Origin: Candidatus Saccharimonadota bacterium
Lineage (GTDB): Bacteria; Bacteroidota; Bacteroidia; Cytophagales; Amoebophilaceae
Reading direction: 5' to 3'
Assembly (NCBI RefSeq): GCF_936981045.1
Contig: NZ_OW441264.1
Span: 510,001-542,000, forward strand
Length of the DNA: 32,000 nucleotides
Part shown: one piece after another, positions 10,034 to 18,702 of the stretch
Layout: each line of letters starts with the position of its first letter
How positions within the stretch are numbered: the first letter of the stretch is position 1
The notes under the pieces: generated by a model
The model's database searches: none
Seen by the model: only the letters and a program-made list of their open reading frames with translations
Told to the model about the DNA's origin: nothing
Translations under genes and position numbers: made by a program

Positions 10034-10534
10034 ATGGATATGCATGCGAACAACCCTAAAAATTTTTCGTTTACCCTACTAGATGGCACTACATTTCATC
10101 TTTGTAGTGGCGTTCCCCAGGTGGTGTTGGTGGTGAATACGGCTTCACGCTGTGGATTTTCCCGTCAATTTGATACATTACAAAAGCTACATGATCGTTA
10201 CTATGTCCATGGCTTTACTGTGCTTGGGGTATCTTCCCAAAGCTTTAGGAAGCAAGAATTTGACAGGCCTTGCGATATAGCGGCTGCTATAAAAAAGAAA
10301 TGCAGTGCTGTTACCTTTCCTATTACCCAGTTAACAGCTGTCCGTGGAAAAGCCATTCATCCATTTTATGCATGGGCTGCTACCCAAGTACTTTTATGGG
10401 GTCGTCCAAAATGGAACTTTCATAAATACTTGATAGGAAAAGATGGCGGGTGCATCACATGGTTTTCTTCTGCAACAGATCCTTTAGCCCCAAAGGTAAT
10501 AGCAGCAATAGAGGCCGCACTAGGTAACCACTAA
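10034..10534 (+). CDS. Glutathione peroxidase family protein (Cys-type)
   Basis: Has VVNTASRCGFS (GPx motif 1 with the peroxidatic Cys) and KWNFHKYLIGKDG (GPx WNF motif). The middle motif is diverged (LGVSSQSF instead of FPCNQF). Confidence 0.75.
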   Translation: MDMHANNPKNFSFTLLDGTTFHLCSGVPQVVLVVNTASRCGFSRQFDTLQKLHDRYYVHGFTVLGVSSQSFRKQEFDRPCDIAAAIKKKCSAVTFPITQLTAVRGKAIHPFYAWAATQVLLWGRPKWNFHKYLIGKDGGCITWFSSATDPLAPKVIAAIEAALGNH

Positions 10535-10571
10535 CTCTCTATCCCTTTAGATGATAGTCTCAGCTTAAGCA

Positions 10572-11043
10572 ATTTGACTGATTTACAACAATTTAATATC
10601 AATTATTTAGTTAATATTTGCACCTATTTAACAAGTTTTTATATCTAATTTTATAAATATAATATATATAATAAACTGATTACCAGAATTATTTGTTATT
10701 ACGTGAGTTCGGGATTAGATTATTTTTTCATTTGATAATCAATATCAATGAAAATTTATAAAATTTGTTTTATTAGACAGTTAAATAGGTAGTTGAATAA
10801 CAAATAATTCTGGTAATCAGTTTATTATATATATTATATTTATAAAATTAGATATAAAAACTTGTTAAATAGGTGCAAATATTAACTAAATAATTGATAT
10901 TAAATTGTTGTAAATCAGTCAAATAAATCCCGAACTCACGTTGTTGTTCAACTACCTATTTAACTGTCTAATAAAACAAATTTTATAAATTTTCATTGAT
11001 ATTGATTATCAAATGAAAAAATAATCTAATCCCGAACTCACGT
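10572..11043 (-). mobile_element. 240-bp MITE (outer copy, left TIR missing) split by a nested inverted copy
   Basis: 10572..10700 plus 10942..11043 together reconstitute the MITE consensus in reverse orientation. It ends in AATCCCGAACTCACGT (11028..11043). Confidence 0.85.
10701..10941 (+). mobile_element. 240-bp MITE (nested inner copy)
   Basis: TIRs ACGTGAGTTCGGGATT ... AATCCCGAACTCACGT. Flanked by TGTTATT / TGTTGTT of the outer copy, an apparent 7-bp target duplication with one mismatch. Confidence 0.9.
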
Positions 11044-11245
11044 TCCTAAGAAAGTAGTAATTGACAAAAGCGGTAGTAATAAAGCTGCCCTTGATACGAT
11101 CAATACAGAACTTGATCAAGATCATACCATTCAAATATTTCAAAACAAATACTTGAATAATAGAGTTGAACAAGATCATAGGTTTATCAAAAAACGGCTA
11201 AAACCTATGCTTAGTTTTAAGTGTTTTAAGTCTGCAGCCATTGCA
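11044..11245 (+). pseudogene. IS6-family transposase, central fragment
   Basis: PKKVVIDKSGSNKAALDTINTELDQDHTIQIFQNKYLNNRVEQDHRFIKKRLKPMLSFKCFKSAAIA aligns by eye to the IS26/IS257 block ..TDKAPSY...KYLNNxIEQDHRxIK...FKS..A. Confidence 0.8.
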
Positions 11246-11586
11246 CGCCGGCACAGGTGTGCAACAAATGGGGTGTAAATCCCCTGACTCTAATTTGTCT
11301 ATTTCGGGAGTCTAGCAGGAGGTTAGATTTGTGGGGTGATTCACAGGTTTAAGTTACCTTTAAATGCATCTGCAAAATAGCGAGCTGCAACAAAAGTGAA
11401 CCCAAATTAGCCTCGTTAAGCCATTTAAGCACATTTGCCGACTGTCTAGTGGCTACAAGAAGGCTGATAGTAGGATGGAAAAAAAAATAGACCATGACCA
11501 TCATACAAGTGCCGGGGTGTTAGGGGTTGCACGCTATGAATGTTTCACATCGTAGTCCGGGAGATCTGATATGAATCCAGTAGGCC
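11246..11586 (+). other. Probable 5' segment (domain I) of group II intron 2
   Basis: Non-coding. GTGTGC (the GUGYG 5' consensus) occurs at 11257. A CCGGGAG..GTAGG..GGCC motif about 300 nt downstream parallels ACCGGGAG..GGTAGGTGGCC about 260 nt into intron 1 (17411..17440). A second copy lies at 21795..22172. Confidence 0.4.
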
Positions 11587-11587
11587 A

Positions 11588-12179
11588 AATTTCTCCTAAA
11601 TCATTGACTATCAAGTGCAACTTTAATCCAAAAAACCAACCGGTGCTGGTTTTACCTTTAGTAGCAATCGATTTAAAAACCCTGTGCGTATAGGCTCTTT
11701 TGATATGGCAAACCTTGATGGCTGTTGCATCCATAAAATAACAACCTGTTTTTGTTTTAGAAAGACTTTGTGTAAAACAGTACAAGGGAACTAACGTTCT
11801 TTGGATCAGTTCTATAAATCTATTCTAGCTTACTAACTTTCCAAATTCACTAGAATGAAATTGCTGTAAATGAATATAATAAGACTTAAAATTTCTAAAA
11901 CCAATCACATGAAAGGCAATAAGAACAGTCATTATTTCACTCAAAGTTAATGAACAAGTTCTAGTGGGTTTTCTTTTAGAGTTGGTTAACAGTTGTTTTT
12001 CCATATACGGCATAAACTTTATGAGAAATTCATCAACAGCATAATATATTTCAACTAACTTTTCTACATTCATAACTGGCTCCTTTGGATAATCTGGTTA
12101 GTATTTTTTTATCTCCAAATTTAAAACACAAAGGAGCTTTTTAAAGCTATTTTTTAACAAGCTAATCCCGAACTGAGGT
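11588..12179 (-). mobile_element. IS982 copy, 5' ~590 bp only, transposase degenerate
   Basis: Matches 20925..21515 of the intact copy, with TIR AATCCCGAACTGAGGT at 12164..12179. The N-terminal ORF 11825..12073 ends in a premature stop, and the remaining ORF runs into unrelated DNA at 11587. Confidence 0.9.
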
Positions 12180-12180
12180 T

Positions 12181-13027
12181 ATTAGTAAAAGGATAGCAGA
12201 TGGCAGTATGTTGAAGCTAATTAAACAAACCCTAACAACGTCAATAGTAAAACAAGGTAAAATTACATGCAAGAAAGTTGGAGTACCGCAAGGATCACCA
12301 ATATCACCGTTGTATAGTAATATCTACCTAAATGTTATAGACCAAGTGTGGCACTCAAGGGGGTATCCAGAAAAGCTAAGCGCAACCTTGCATAGGTATT
12401 GTGATGATGCAATTTTGGTATGTCGTAAGAGTGCCAGCTTAGCGCTGGAGAAATTCACAGAATTAGCAAAGAGGTTATCGCTCATTATTAACCACTAAAA
12501 GACACGAATAACGAAACTGAAAGAAGGCTTTAACTTCATAACGTGAGTTCGGGATTAGATTATTTTTTCATTTGATAATCAATATAAATGAAAATTTATA
12601 AAATTTGTTTTATTAGACAGTTAAATAGGCAGTTGAATAACAAATAATTCTGATAATCAGTTTATTATATATATTATATTTATAAAATTAGATATAAAAA
12701 CTTGTTAAATAGGTGCAAATATTAACTAAATAATTGATATTAAATTGTTGTAAATCAGTCAAATAAATCCCGAACTCACGTTCATAGGTTTTAACTTTGT
12801 AAAAAGAAAGAGTCCAATAAGTGGCAGAAATAGCATTTATGTATTTCCAACGAAACAATCCCAACAAAGCATCCGTAACAGACTAAAATACCTGACTTGT
12901 AGAAGAGCACCAATCAAACCTCAAGCATTCATCGAGCAAATAAAACCAGTAGTGTTAGGATGGGTTAACTATTTTAAACATACGAATTCGAGTGAAACTT
13001 TTGTTAGATTGCAGGACTTTATTAATA
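12181..13027 (+). pseudogene. Group II intron reverse transcriptase/maturase (RT2), central and X-domain fragments split by a MITE
   Basis: RIADGSMLKLIKQ..VGVPQGSPISPLYSNIYL..HRYCDDAILVC (RT blocks 5-7; YxDD box is YCDD). In-frame stop at 12496. The frame resumes after the MITE with GFNFVKRK..IKPVVLGWVNYFKH (maturase X domain). Confidence 0.85.
12541..12781 (+). mobile_element. 240-bp MITE
   Basis: Complete copy with both TIRs, flanked by TCATA on each side (apparent 5-bp target duplication). It interrupts RT2 within GFNFIGFNF. Confidence 0.9.
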
Positions 13028-14029
13028 ACCTGAGTTCGGGATTAGCTTGTTAAAAAATAGCTTTAAAAAGCTCCTTTGTGTTTTAAATTTGGAGATAAAA
13101 AAATACTAACCAGATTATCTAAAGGAGCCAGTTATGAATGTAGAAAAATTAGTTGAAATATATTATGCTGTTGATGAATTTCTCATAAAGTTTATGCCGT
13201 ATATGGAAAAACAACTGTTAACCAACTCTAAAAGAAAACCCACTAGAACTTGTTCATTAACTTTGAGTGAAATAATGACTGTTCTTATTGCCTTTCATGT
13301 GATTGGTTTTAGAAATTTTAAGTCTTATTGTATTCATTTACAGCAATTTCATTCTAGTAAATTTGGAAAGTTAGTAAGCTAGAATAGATTTATAGAACTG
13401 ATCCAAAGAACGTTAGTTCCCTTGTACTGTTTTACACAAAGTCTTTCTAAAACAAAAACAGGTTGTTATTTTATGGATGCAACAGCCATCAAGGTTTGCC
13501 ATATCAAAAGAGCCTATACGCACAGGGTTTTTAAATCGATTGCTACTAAAGGTAAAACCAGCATCGGTTGATTTTTTGGATTAAAGTTGCACTTGATAGT
13601 CAATGATTTAGGAGAAATTATGAATTTTCAACTGACCATAGGTAAAACTAATGATAGGCTTCCTGTAGAAAATTTGTGTAAACACTTGATGGGTAAAATG
13701 TTTGCCGATAAAGGTTACATAAGCAAAGATTTATTTTAAAAACTGATTGAGAAAGGCGTGGAACTCATTACCCAGATCAGAAAAAATATGAAAAATGCTT
13801 TTATGCCACTCTGGGATAAACTGATGCTTAGAAAACGATCTATAATTGAAACTATTATAGATCAGCTCAAAAATATTAGCCAGATAGAATATTCCAGGCA
13901 TAGAAGCGTACCTAATTTTCTAGTCAATTTGATAGCTGGAATTACAGCTTATGCACTAAAAGAGAAAAAACCTTCTATAACTAATATATATATGACTGGT
14001 TCACAATACGTATAATCCCGAACTGAGGT
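13028..14029 (+). mobile_element. IS982-family insertion sequence, full length (1002 bp), transposase degenerate
   Basis: TIRs ACCTGAGTTCGGGATT (13028) and AATCCCGAACTGAGGT (ends 14029). Flanks are TAATA / TGATA. Colinear with the intact copy. Confidence 0.9.
13134..14015 (+). pseudogene. IS982-family transposase with premature stops
   Basis: Same protein as 20528..21409, but with TAG at 13380, TAA at about 13737 and further changes that break the ORF into 13134..13382 and 13758..14015. Confidence 0.9.
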
Positions 14030-14183
14030 TGATAACCGATTTCGCAGATACTTAACCCATAGAAGAAAAGGCCGTGGGTGTGGGTGGCGAAGCTATCCCA
14101 ATAGCAAACTCTATACAATGGGGATGTTGTACATTGGTAGTGGAATGATTAAGTATCCTGAGAGGGTTGTGCAAGGTTTATGA
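14030..14183 (+). pseudogene. RT2 C-terminal fragment
   Basis: RFRRYLTHRRKGRGCGWRSYPNSKLYTMGMLYIGSGMIKYPERVVQGL* continues the frame broken at 13027 (..QDFINN). This is a typical group II maturase C-terminus. Confidence 0.8.
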
Positions 14184-14195
14184 AGAAGACTGTCG

Positions 14196-14231
14196 GACCG
14201 CCGTATTCGGGAAAACTGAACGTACGGTGGG
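14196..14231 (+). ncRNA. Group II intron domain V (intron 2)
   Basis: GACCGCCGTATTCGGGAAAACTGAACGTACGGTGGG folds as the canonical ~34-nt domain V hairpin (CCGTAT..ACGTACGG with a 2-nt bulge). It lies 13 nt after the RT2 stop. Confidence 0.7.
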
Positions 14232-14347
14232 ATGAGAAGGGAATGGGTAAACAATGAAGAATCAAGTTAGCCAGCTACTGTATTGCGAGCAATCAGAAGC
14301 AATAGATATGCTTAATTTTAAGTGGTCCAACCATTTCTTTACTCTAG

Positions 14348-14455
14348 ACCATTGCAGGGATAGAAAACATTCCTATGATTCAAAAAGGACAAGTAATCGG
14401 AGCTAAAAATCATTTTTCTACTTTTGAGAATTTTGTTATGCTAATGGCTGAATAA
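14348..14455 (+). pseudogene. IS6-family transposase, C-terminal 35 codons
   Basis: TIAGIENIPMIQKGQVIGAKNHFSTFENFVMLMAE* aligns by eye to the IS26 C-terminus TIKGIEVMRALRKGQ.... Confidence 0.65.
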
Positions 14456-14477
14456 TAACCAATATATATCCAAAACT

Positions 14478-15116
14478 TCACTTAAAAGAAAAGACGTTAC
14501 TAACGAAAATATAGACGCGACAGAACCCAATGGTGTTAATCGGATAGGATAACCCCTGCCCATTTGCTTTAATCAATGATTCTTTTTTAGTCCATATATC
14601 GTAAAAAAAACTAACTTTTGCATCACCATTCAGGCAAGTAAAAAAGCGATATTCTGTGGGAGTAAATACCAGATGAGCCAGCTCTTGCACTTCTAGATTC
14701 TTATCATGTAGTTCAATATCAATACCCACTCTACTATCTAAAGCAATCGCATAACCAACTAGGTCATGCGAATGGGACATATTAAAGGTAATATTAGACT
14801 CCTTCAAGAAAGGTTTACCATAGGCTCCGTAGGAAAATATAATATCTTTTGGATGCTGCTTAGTGTAATAGCCTAATATATACCTTAAAATTCCATGTGA
14901 GATAATGTACTGCCTCCTTAAATGGTCCGTATAATATTTGCTGGCTTGAACTTGTTCTTCAGCTGCTAAACATTGAAGGAATGGGTTTATATTTAATTTG
15001 CACTCAGCTAGATTGACAATATAAATAAACACTTTATTAGGGTTTTGATTGAATACCAACTGGTCTAAAAGTTTTTGTTCAAAAATACCAGCACATTCCA
15101 TTAAACCCTTTAGCAT
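14478..15116 (-). CDS. 4'-phosphopantetheinyl transferase (Sfp type), C-terminus replaced by IS6 end sequence
   Basis: Has FNMSHSHD, VGIDIE and WTKKESLIKANGQGL motifs. Native sequence ends at 14528. The last ~16 codons (FCRVYIFVSNVFSFK*) are read from the IS6 terminus, so roughly 40-60 aa of a normal Sfp C-terminus are missing. Confidence 0.75.
   Translation of the reverse strand: MLKGLMECAGIFEQKLLDQLVFNQNPNKVFIYIVNLAECKLNINPFLQCLAAEEQVQASKYYTDHLRRQYIISHGILRYILGYYTKQHPKDIIFSYGAYGKPFLKESNITFNMSHSHDLVGYAIALDSRVGIDIELHDKNLEVQELAHLVFTPTEYRFFTCLNGDAKVSFFYDIWTKKESLIKANGQGLSYPINTIGFCRVYIFVSNVFSFK
14511..14527 (-). repeat. IS6-type terminal inverted repeat (GGTTCTGTCGCGTCTAT)
   Basis: Begins GGTTCTGT like IS6-family ends (IS257/IS1216-type GGTTCTGTTGCAAAG). 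The same 17-mer recurs at 29600..29616 and 22784..22800. All homology between repeat copies ends here. Confidence 0.6.
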
Positions 15117-15213
15117 ATATTGCCCTAGCTTATGATTATTTCACTTTATGTCCTATAGCCCATATGCAAACATACACCAAGTATCAAGCAAAGCTGCTTT
15201 GCTTAGATTTTCC

Positions 15214-15426
15214 CTAATTAGAGGCAGTTAATTTGTCCATTTTTTCCCTAAGGCTTTTTGGTTTCATATCTGTCCATACCTGATTGATGTATTGCAAGCA
15301 CTCCTCTTTACTACCTTTGGGCCTAACCTGCTTCCAACCATGTGGAATGGGTTTCCATGCAAACCAAAGTGAATACTGTTCTTCCTCATTTATCAAGCAT
15401 ATATATGTTTCATGTTTGTCTGACAT
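15214..15426 (-). CDS. MbtH-like protein
   Basis: 70 aa. INEEEQYSLWFAWKPIPHGWKQV..ECLQYINQVWTDMKPKSL matches the MbtH signature, including the three invariant Trp. Confidence 0.9.
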   Translation of the reverse strand: MSDKHETYICLINEEEQYSLWFAWKPIPHGWKQVRPKGSKEECLQYINQVWTDMKPKSLREKMDKLTASN

Positions 15427-15961
15427 AGTATATAATAATTTACTGGTTACATCTTGTTTGCGACAATGGACTTAGATTGGAGGATTGGTCATCCCCACAG
15501 TTGTGTTCTAAGCCCCTAAGTATAGAGTTAAAATAAACATTAAAATAGATACAGTACAAGACCCTAATTTAGCATAATCTTATTCTTGTCATAAATTATA
15601 CTCTTAATCACATAAAAATAATTTTTTAAAAGAAGAATTTTTATATAAAATATCAGAGCATATTGCATAATACAATTTTTTTCCTTTTATATCGTACATA
15701 AAGCCTTGTTGAAATTAAAGGTCTAAGAGGAGCCTTAAAAAGCAGGAGCAAGGTTAGGAAATGAATGCATGGTAACCAATCAAAGATAAATATAGTCTTA
15801 TATCGGTGAAATCATCATATCATTTTATACTGATTTTTAGTTAATCTATCCTTAGTGTTATATAAACATTAGGTATAAAAGTGGCTTTATAAGGCTGCCG
15901 TTACTATCTAAATAGGATAACCCTACATTTATATGTACTAATCATATCAACTTACATAGCA

Positions 15962-17028
15962 ATGGTTAGACAAAAGCTTAGCAAGGAGTTAACATCATTA
16001 TCTCCCCACCATACAGATAAGAAATTAAGGTTGGCGGGGATGTATGGTCTATTTAGGCATGCTATAGACCAAAGTCATGGAGGTAATGGGGATAGTTTTT
16101 GTGATTTAATTGCCCATCACAAGGATTTAGGTAAATCTACTTTAGATAGTAGCTTACTACTTTCCATAAATGGCCATTTATGGGGCGCTCTTTTTCCCAT
16201 CTATTACTTTGGTACCACGCAACAAAAAAGTCAATACCTCAAGCCATTGATGGATGGGAAATTAATAGGTGGACATGCTATTACCGAAGCACAAGCAGGA
16301 TCTAATGTATCTTTAATGAAAATGCGAGCAGATAGTATAGATGATGGCTTTAGACTAAATGGATCCAAGCGATATATTACTAATGTTCCCATTAACGACA
16401 TCTTATTAGTTTATGCAAAGACAGGGGATACCGTAATGCATTTATCATTGAAAAGCAAGACTCAGGGGTCTATTTGCATCAAGATCACAGGGTTACTGGT
16501 TTTCCTCATTCGTCTATGGGTGAAGTAGTTCTTCAAGATTGAAAAATAGTGCATAATAGGTTAGTAGGTTCAGTAGGTACAGGGCAGGTAATTATCCAAA
16601 AAGTATTGGAGTTAGAACGGGCATTTATCTTTGCAGGTATATTGGGCATTATGGAATGGCAATTGGAACAAGTTATCAGATATACCAAGTTAAGACGGGT
16701 TGGTAAACAGGTTGCACTCTATGATTTACAAGCTATTTATCATAAGATAGCTGATATTTCCATGAAGCTTAAAACGGTAACATTATGGTTGCATAGATGT
16801 GCTCAATTAAAAGATAGTGATGCACGTATTACGCTAGAGAGTTCATATACTAAATTGTTTTGTAGTGAAGCATTTCTACAAGTTCCTATAGATATTGCCC
16901 ATATGATAGGTGCCTTTGGACTAGAAGTAAACCAAACCCTTTAGCCGATGGGTATTGGATGGGCTAGCTTCTAGGCTATTTTCTGGAACCAGTGAGATAC
17001 AAAAAAATATTATTGGTGCATTATTGTA
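15962..17028 (+). pseudogene. Acyl-CoA (or acyl-carrier-protein) dehydrogenase family, multiple frameshifts
   Basis: GGHAITEAQAGSNVSLMKMRADSIDDGFRLNGSKRYITN (ACAD middle domain). The frame is lost near 16430, there is a stop near 16540, a second ORF at 16549..16944 (C-terminal helical domain), then another shift to ..SGTSEIQKNIIGALL* ending at 17028. Confidence 0.8.
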
Positions 17029-17056
17029 AGTTAACAAAAACCCAAGTCATAAAACT

Positions 17057-17150
17057 ATGAAAAATACAATACAAGATAAAATAGATGAATTTGTTCGCCA
17101 GCATTTACTGGTCAGCGATGAGTGATTCAATATTCAATATGATGATGACC
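17057..17150 (+). pseudogene. Carrier protein (ACP/PCP-like) N-terminal stub, in-frame TGA, cut by group II intron 1
   Basis: MKNTIQDKIDEFVRQHLLVSDE*FNIQYDDD resembles the N-terminus of stand-alone carrier proteins (..FI...L.....I..DD). The intron 5' end GTGTG follows directly at 17151, and the Ser-attachment motif is not present. Confidence 0.4.
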
Positions 17151-18702
17151 GTGTGCCGTAGAAGCACAGGAAAGTGTTGAAGCTGTGCAGTAGATGAGGG
17201 AAGGCCCCTCAAAGCCGGCTTACAAGAGCAGGCTTTAAACAACCATAAGCTGCTTTGGTAAAGAGTCAAGGTAGTGAGCGTTATGGAAAAGGCACAATTA
17301 TGTGTCATGTATGAAATAGAGAGACGAACGGAAGTGAACCATTGATGAAGTGTCGAAAGTGTAAAGAAGAAGTCAAAACCAGGGGGTAGTCGTTAACCTG
17401 GGACAAATCTACCGGGAGCTTGTTTACTGGGTAGGTGGCCTCTGGCATAAAAGTGGCGTGAATCTATTTCAGGCTATTGCATGGAACTACGGGAACCTGT
17501 CATTTCGATGATAAGGGAGAAATCTAAAGAGCTGATCTCTGAGGATCAGAGTATGGATGCGAAAAACAGGGGCGGAGCAACTTGTAGTAGTGATGAAGTT
17601 TCTGTAATGGAAATGGAATGAAAGGGTTGCGTTATTTAGTTTTAATTATTAATCAACTGAAAGGGAGGAATTAATGAATGAAACAAAGTCTTTTGATATA
17701 CCAAAGCAGTTGATTTGGAAAGCTTATAAACGAGTATCCAAAAATAAAGGTGCAGCAGGTGTAGATGAAGTCTCGATAACAAAGTTTGAAGAAAATCTAA
17801 AAGATAATCTATACAAACTATGGAATCGGATATCATCCGGAAGTTATTTTCCAGAGCCAGTAAAAGCTGTTTCTATACCAAAAGATACAGGAGGGAAAAG
17901 AAACTTATGTGTACCTTCAGTATCCGACAGGATAGCACAAACAGCTGCTAGCATGTATCTTGAACCATTAGTAGAGCCGAAATTTCAAGAAGACTCCTAT
18001 GGTTATAGACCAAATAAGTCTGCATTGGATGCGATATACACAGCACGGAAGAGATGTTGGGCAAATGATTGGGCAATAGATCTTGATATATCTGGATTTT
18101 TTGACAATCTGGACCACGAATTAGTACTGCGGTCTATTAAGCAACATACAAGCTGTAAATGGGTCATACTCTACGTTGAAAGGTGGATGAAAGCTCCTAT
18201 TCAACTAGCAGATGGTAGCAAGGTAATTAGGAATAAGGGAGTTCCGCAAGGAGGTTCTATAAGCCCGATCATTTCAAACATATTTATGCATCACGCATTT
18301 GATGAATGGATGAAACACAATTACCCAACAATACCATTTGAGAGGTACGTTGATGACGCGATAGTACATTGTAGGACTAAGAGACAGGCAGAATCTATGC
18401 AAGTAATGATCGGAGAAAGATTGGCTAAGTGCAAATTGCAGTTGCATCCTGAAAAGACTCAGATTGTCTATTGTAAGGATGACGATAGAAGAAAGGAATT
18501 TCCTACACAGAGTTTTGATTTCCTAGGCTATACTTTTAGACCTAGAGGGGCAAAGAATAAGATGGGGAATTATTTCATCTCATTATTAGAGGAAATATCT
18601 AAGAAAATAGATCCAATAGTCAGAGGCTGGTTTAAGTACTATGGCAGGTTTTGTAAATCAGAGATGTATCCATCTCTGAGAAATATAGAGAGGTACCTCA
18701 TA
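17151..18702 (+). mobile_element. Group II intron 1 (5' domains plus RT ORF), 3' part removed by IS982
   Basis: Starts GTGTGCCGTAGAAG (GUGYG). About 520 nt of non-coding structured RNA precedes the RT ORF. No domain V follows, because the IS982 TIR starts at 18703. Confidence 0.8.

Larger units (their letters stand above)
11044..14527 (+). mobile_element. IS6-family element (5' part missing) carrying a group II intron that is itself broken by two IS982 copies and a MITE
   Basis: The IS6 transposase reading frame stops at 11245 (..FKSAAIA) and resumes at 14348 (TIAGIENIPMIQKGQ..AE*). It is followed by the terminal repeat ATAGACGCGACAGAACC at 14511..14527. Everything in between is intron, RT, IS982 or MITE sequence. 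Confidence 0.65.

Noticed and set aside
11246-11586. The unclassified 340-bp insert considered as RNase P RNA, tmRNA or another housekeeping RNA (it contains AGTCCGGGAG)
   Set aside because: It lacks the other universally conserved RNase P blocks and tRNA-like ends. It is present in two copies, both inside an IS6 transposase at the same nucleotide. A group II intron 5' segment is the more economical reading.
12181-14183. Reverse transcriptase as part of a retron, DGR or defence-type RT system
   Set aside because: Both RTs show group II intron RT blocks plus a maturase X domain (GWVNYFKH / RGWFKYYG). RT2 is followed by a canonical domain V hairpin and RT1 is preceded by GTGTG-initiated structured RNA. 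No template/variable repeat pair or msr/msd-like repeats were seen.
15284-15475. 63-aa ORF antisense to the MbtH-like gene
   Set aside because: The MbtH signature on the opposite strand is unambiguous, so this is a shadow ORF.
17123-17125. In-frame TGA in the carrier-protein stub as evidence for TGA recoding
   Set aside because: TGA is used as an ordinary stop elsewhere in the window (for example RT2 at 14181 and the IS256 transposase at 18966). The surrounding locus is full of disrupted genes, so a nonsense mutation is the simpler reading.
17105-17836. ORFs 17105-17308 and 17642-17836 on the minus strand
   Set aside because: They lie antisense within group II intron 1 RNA domains and the RT start, with no coding signature.
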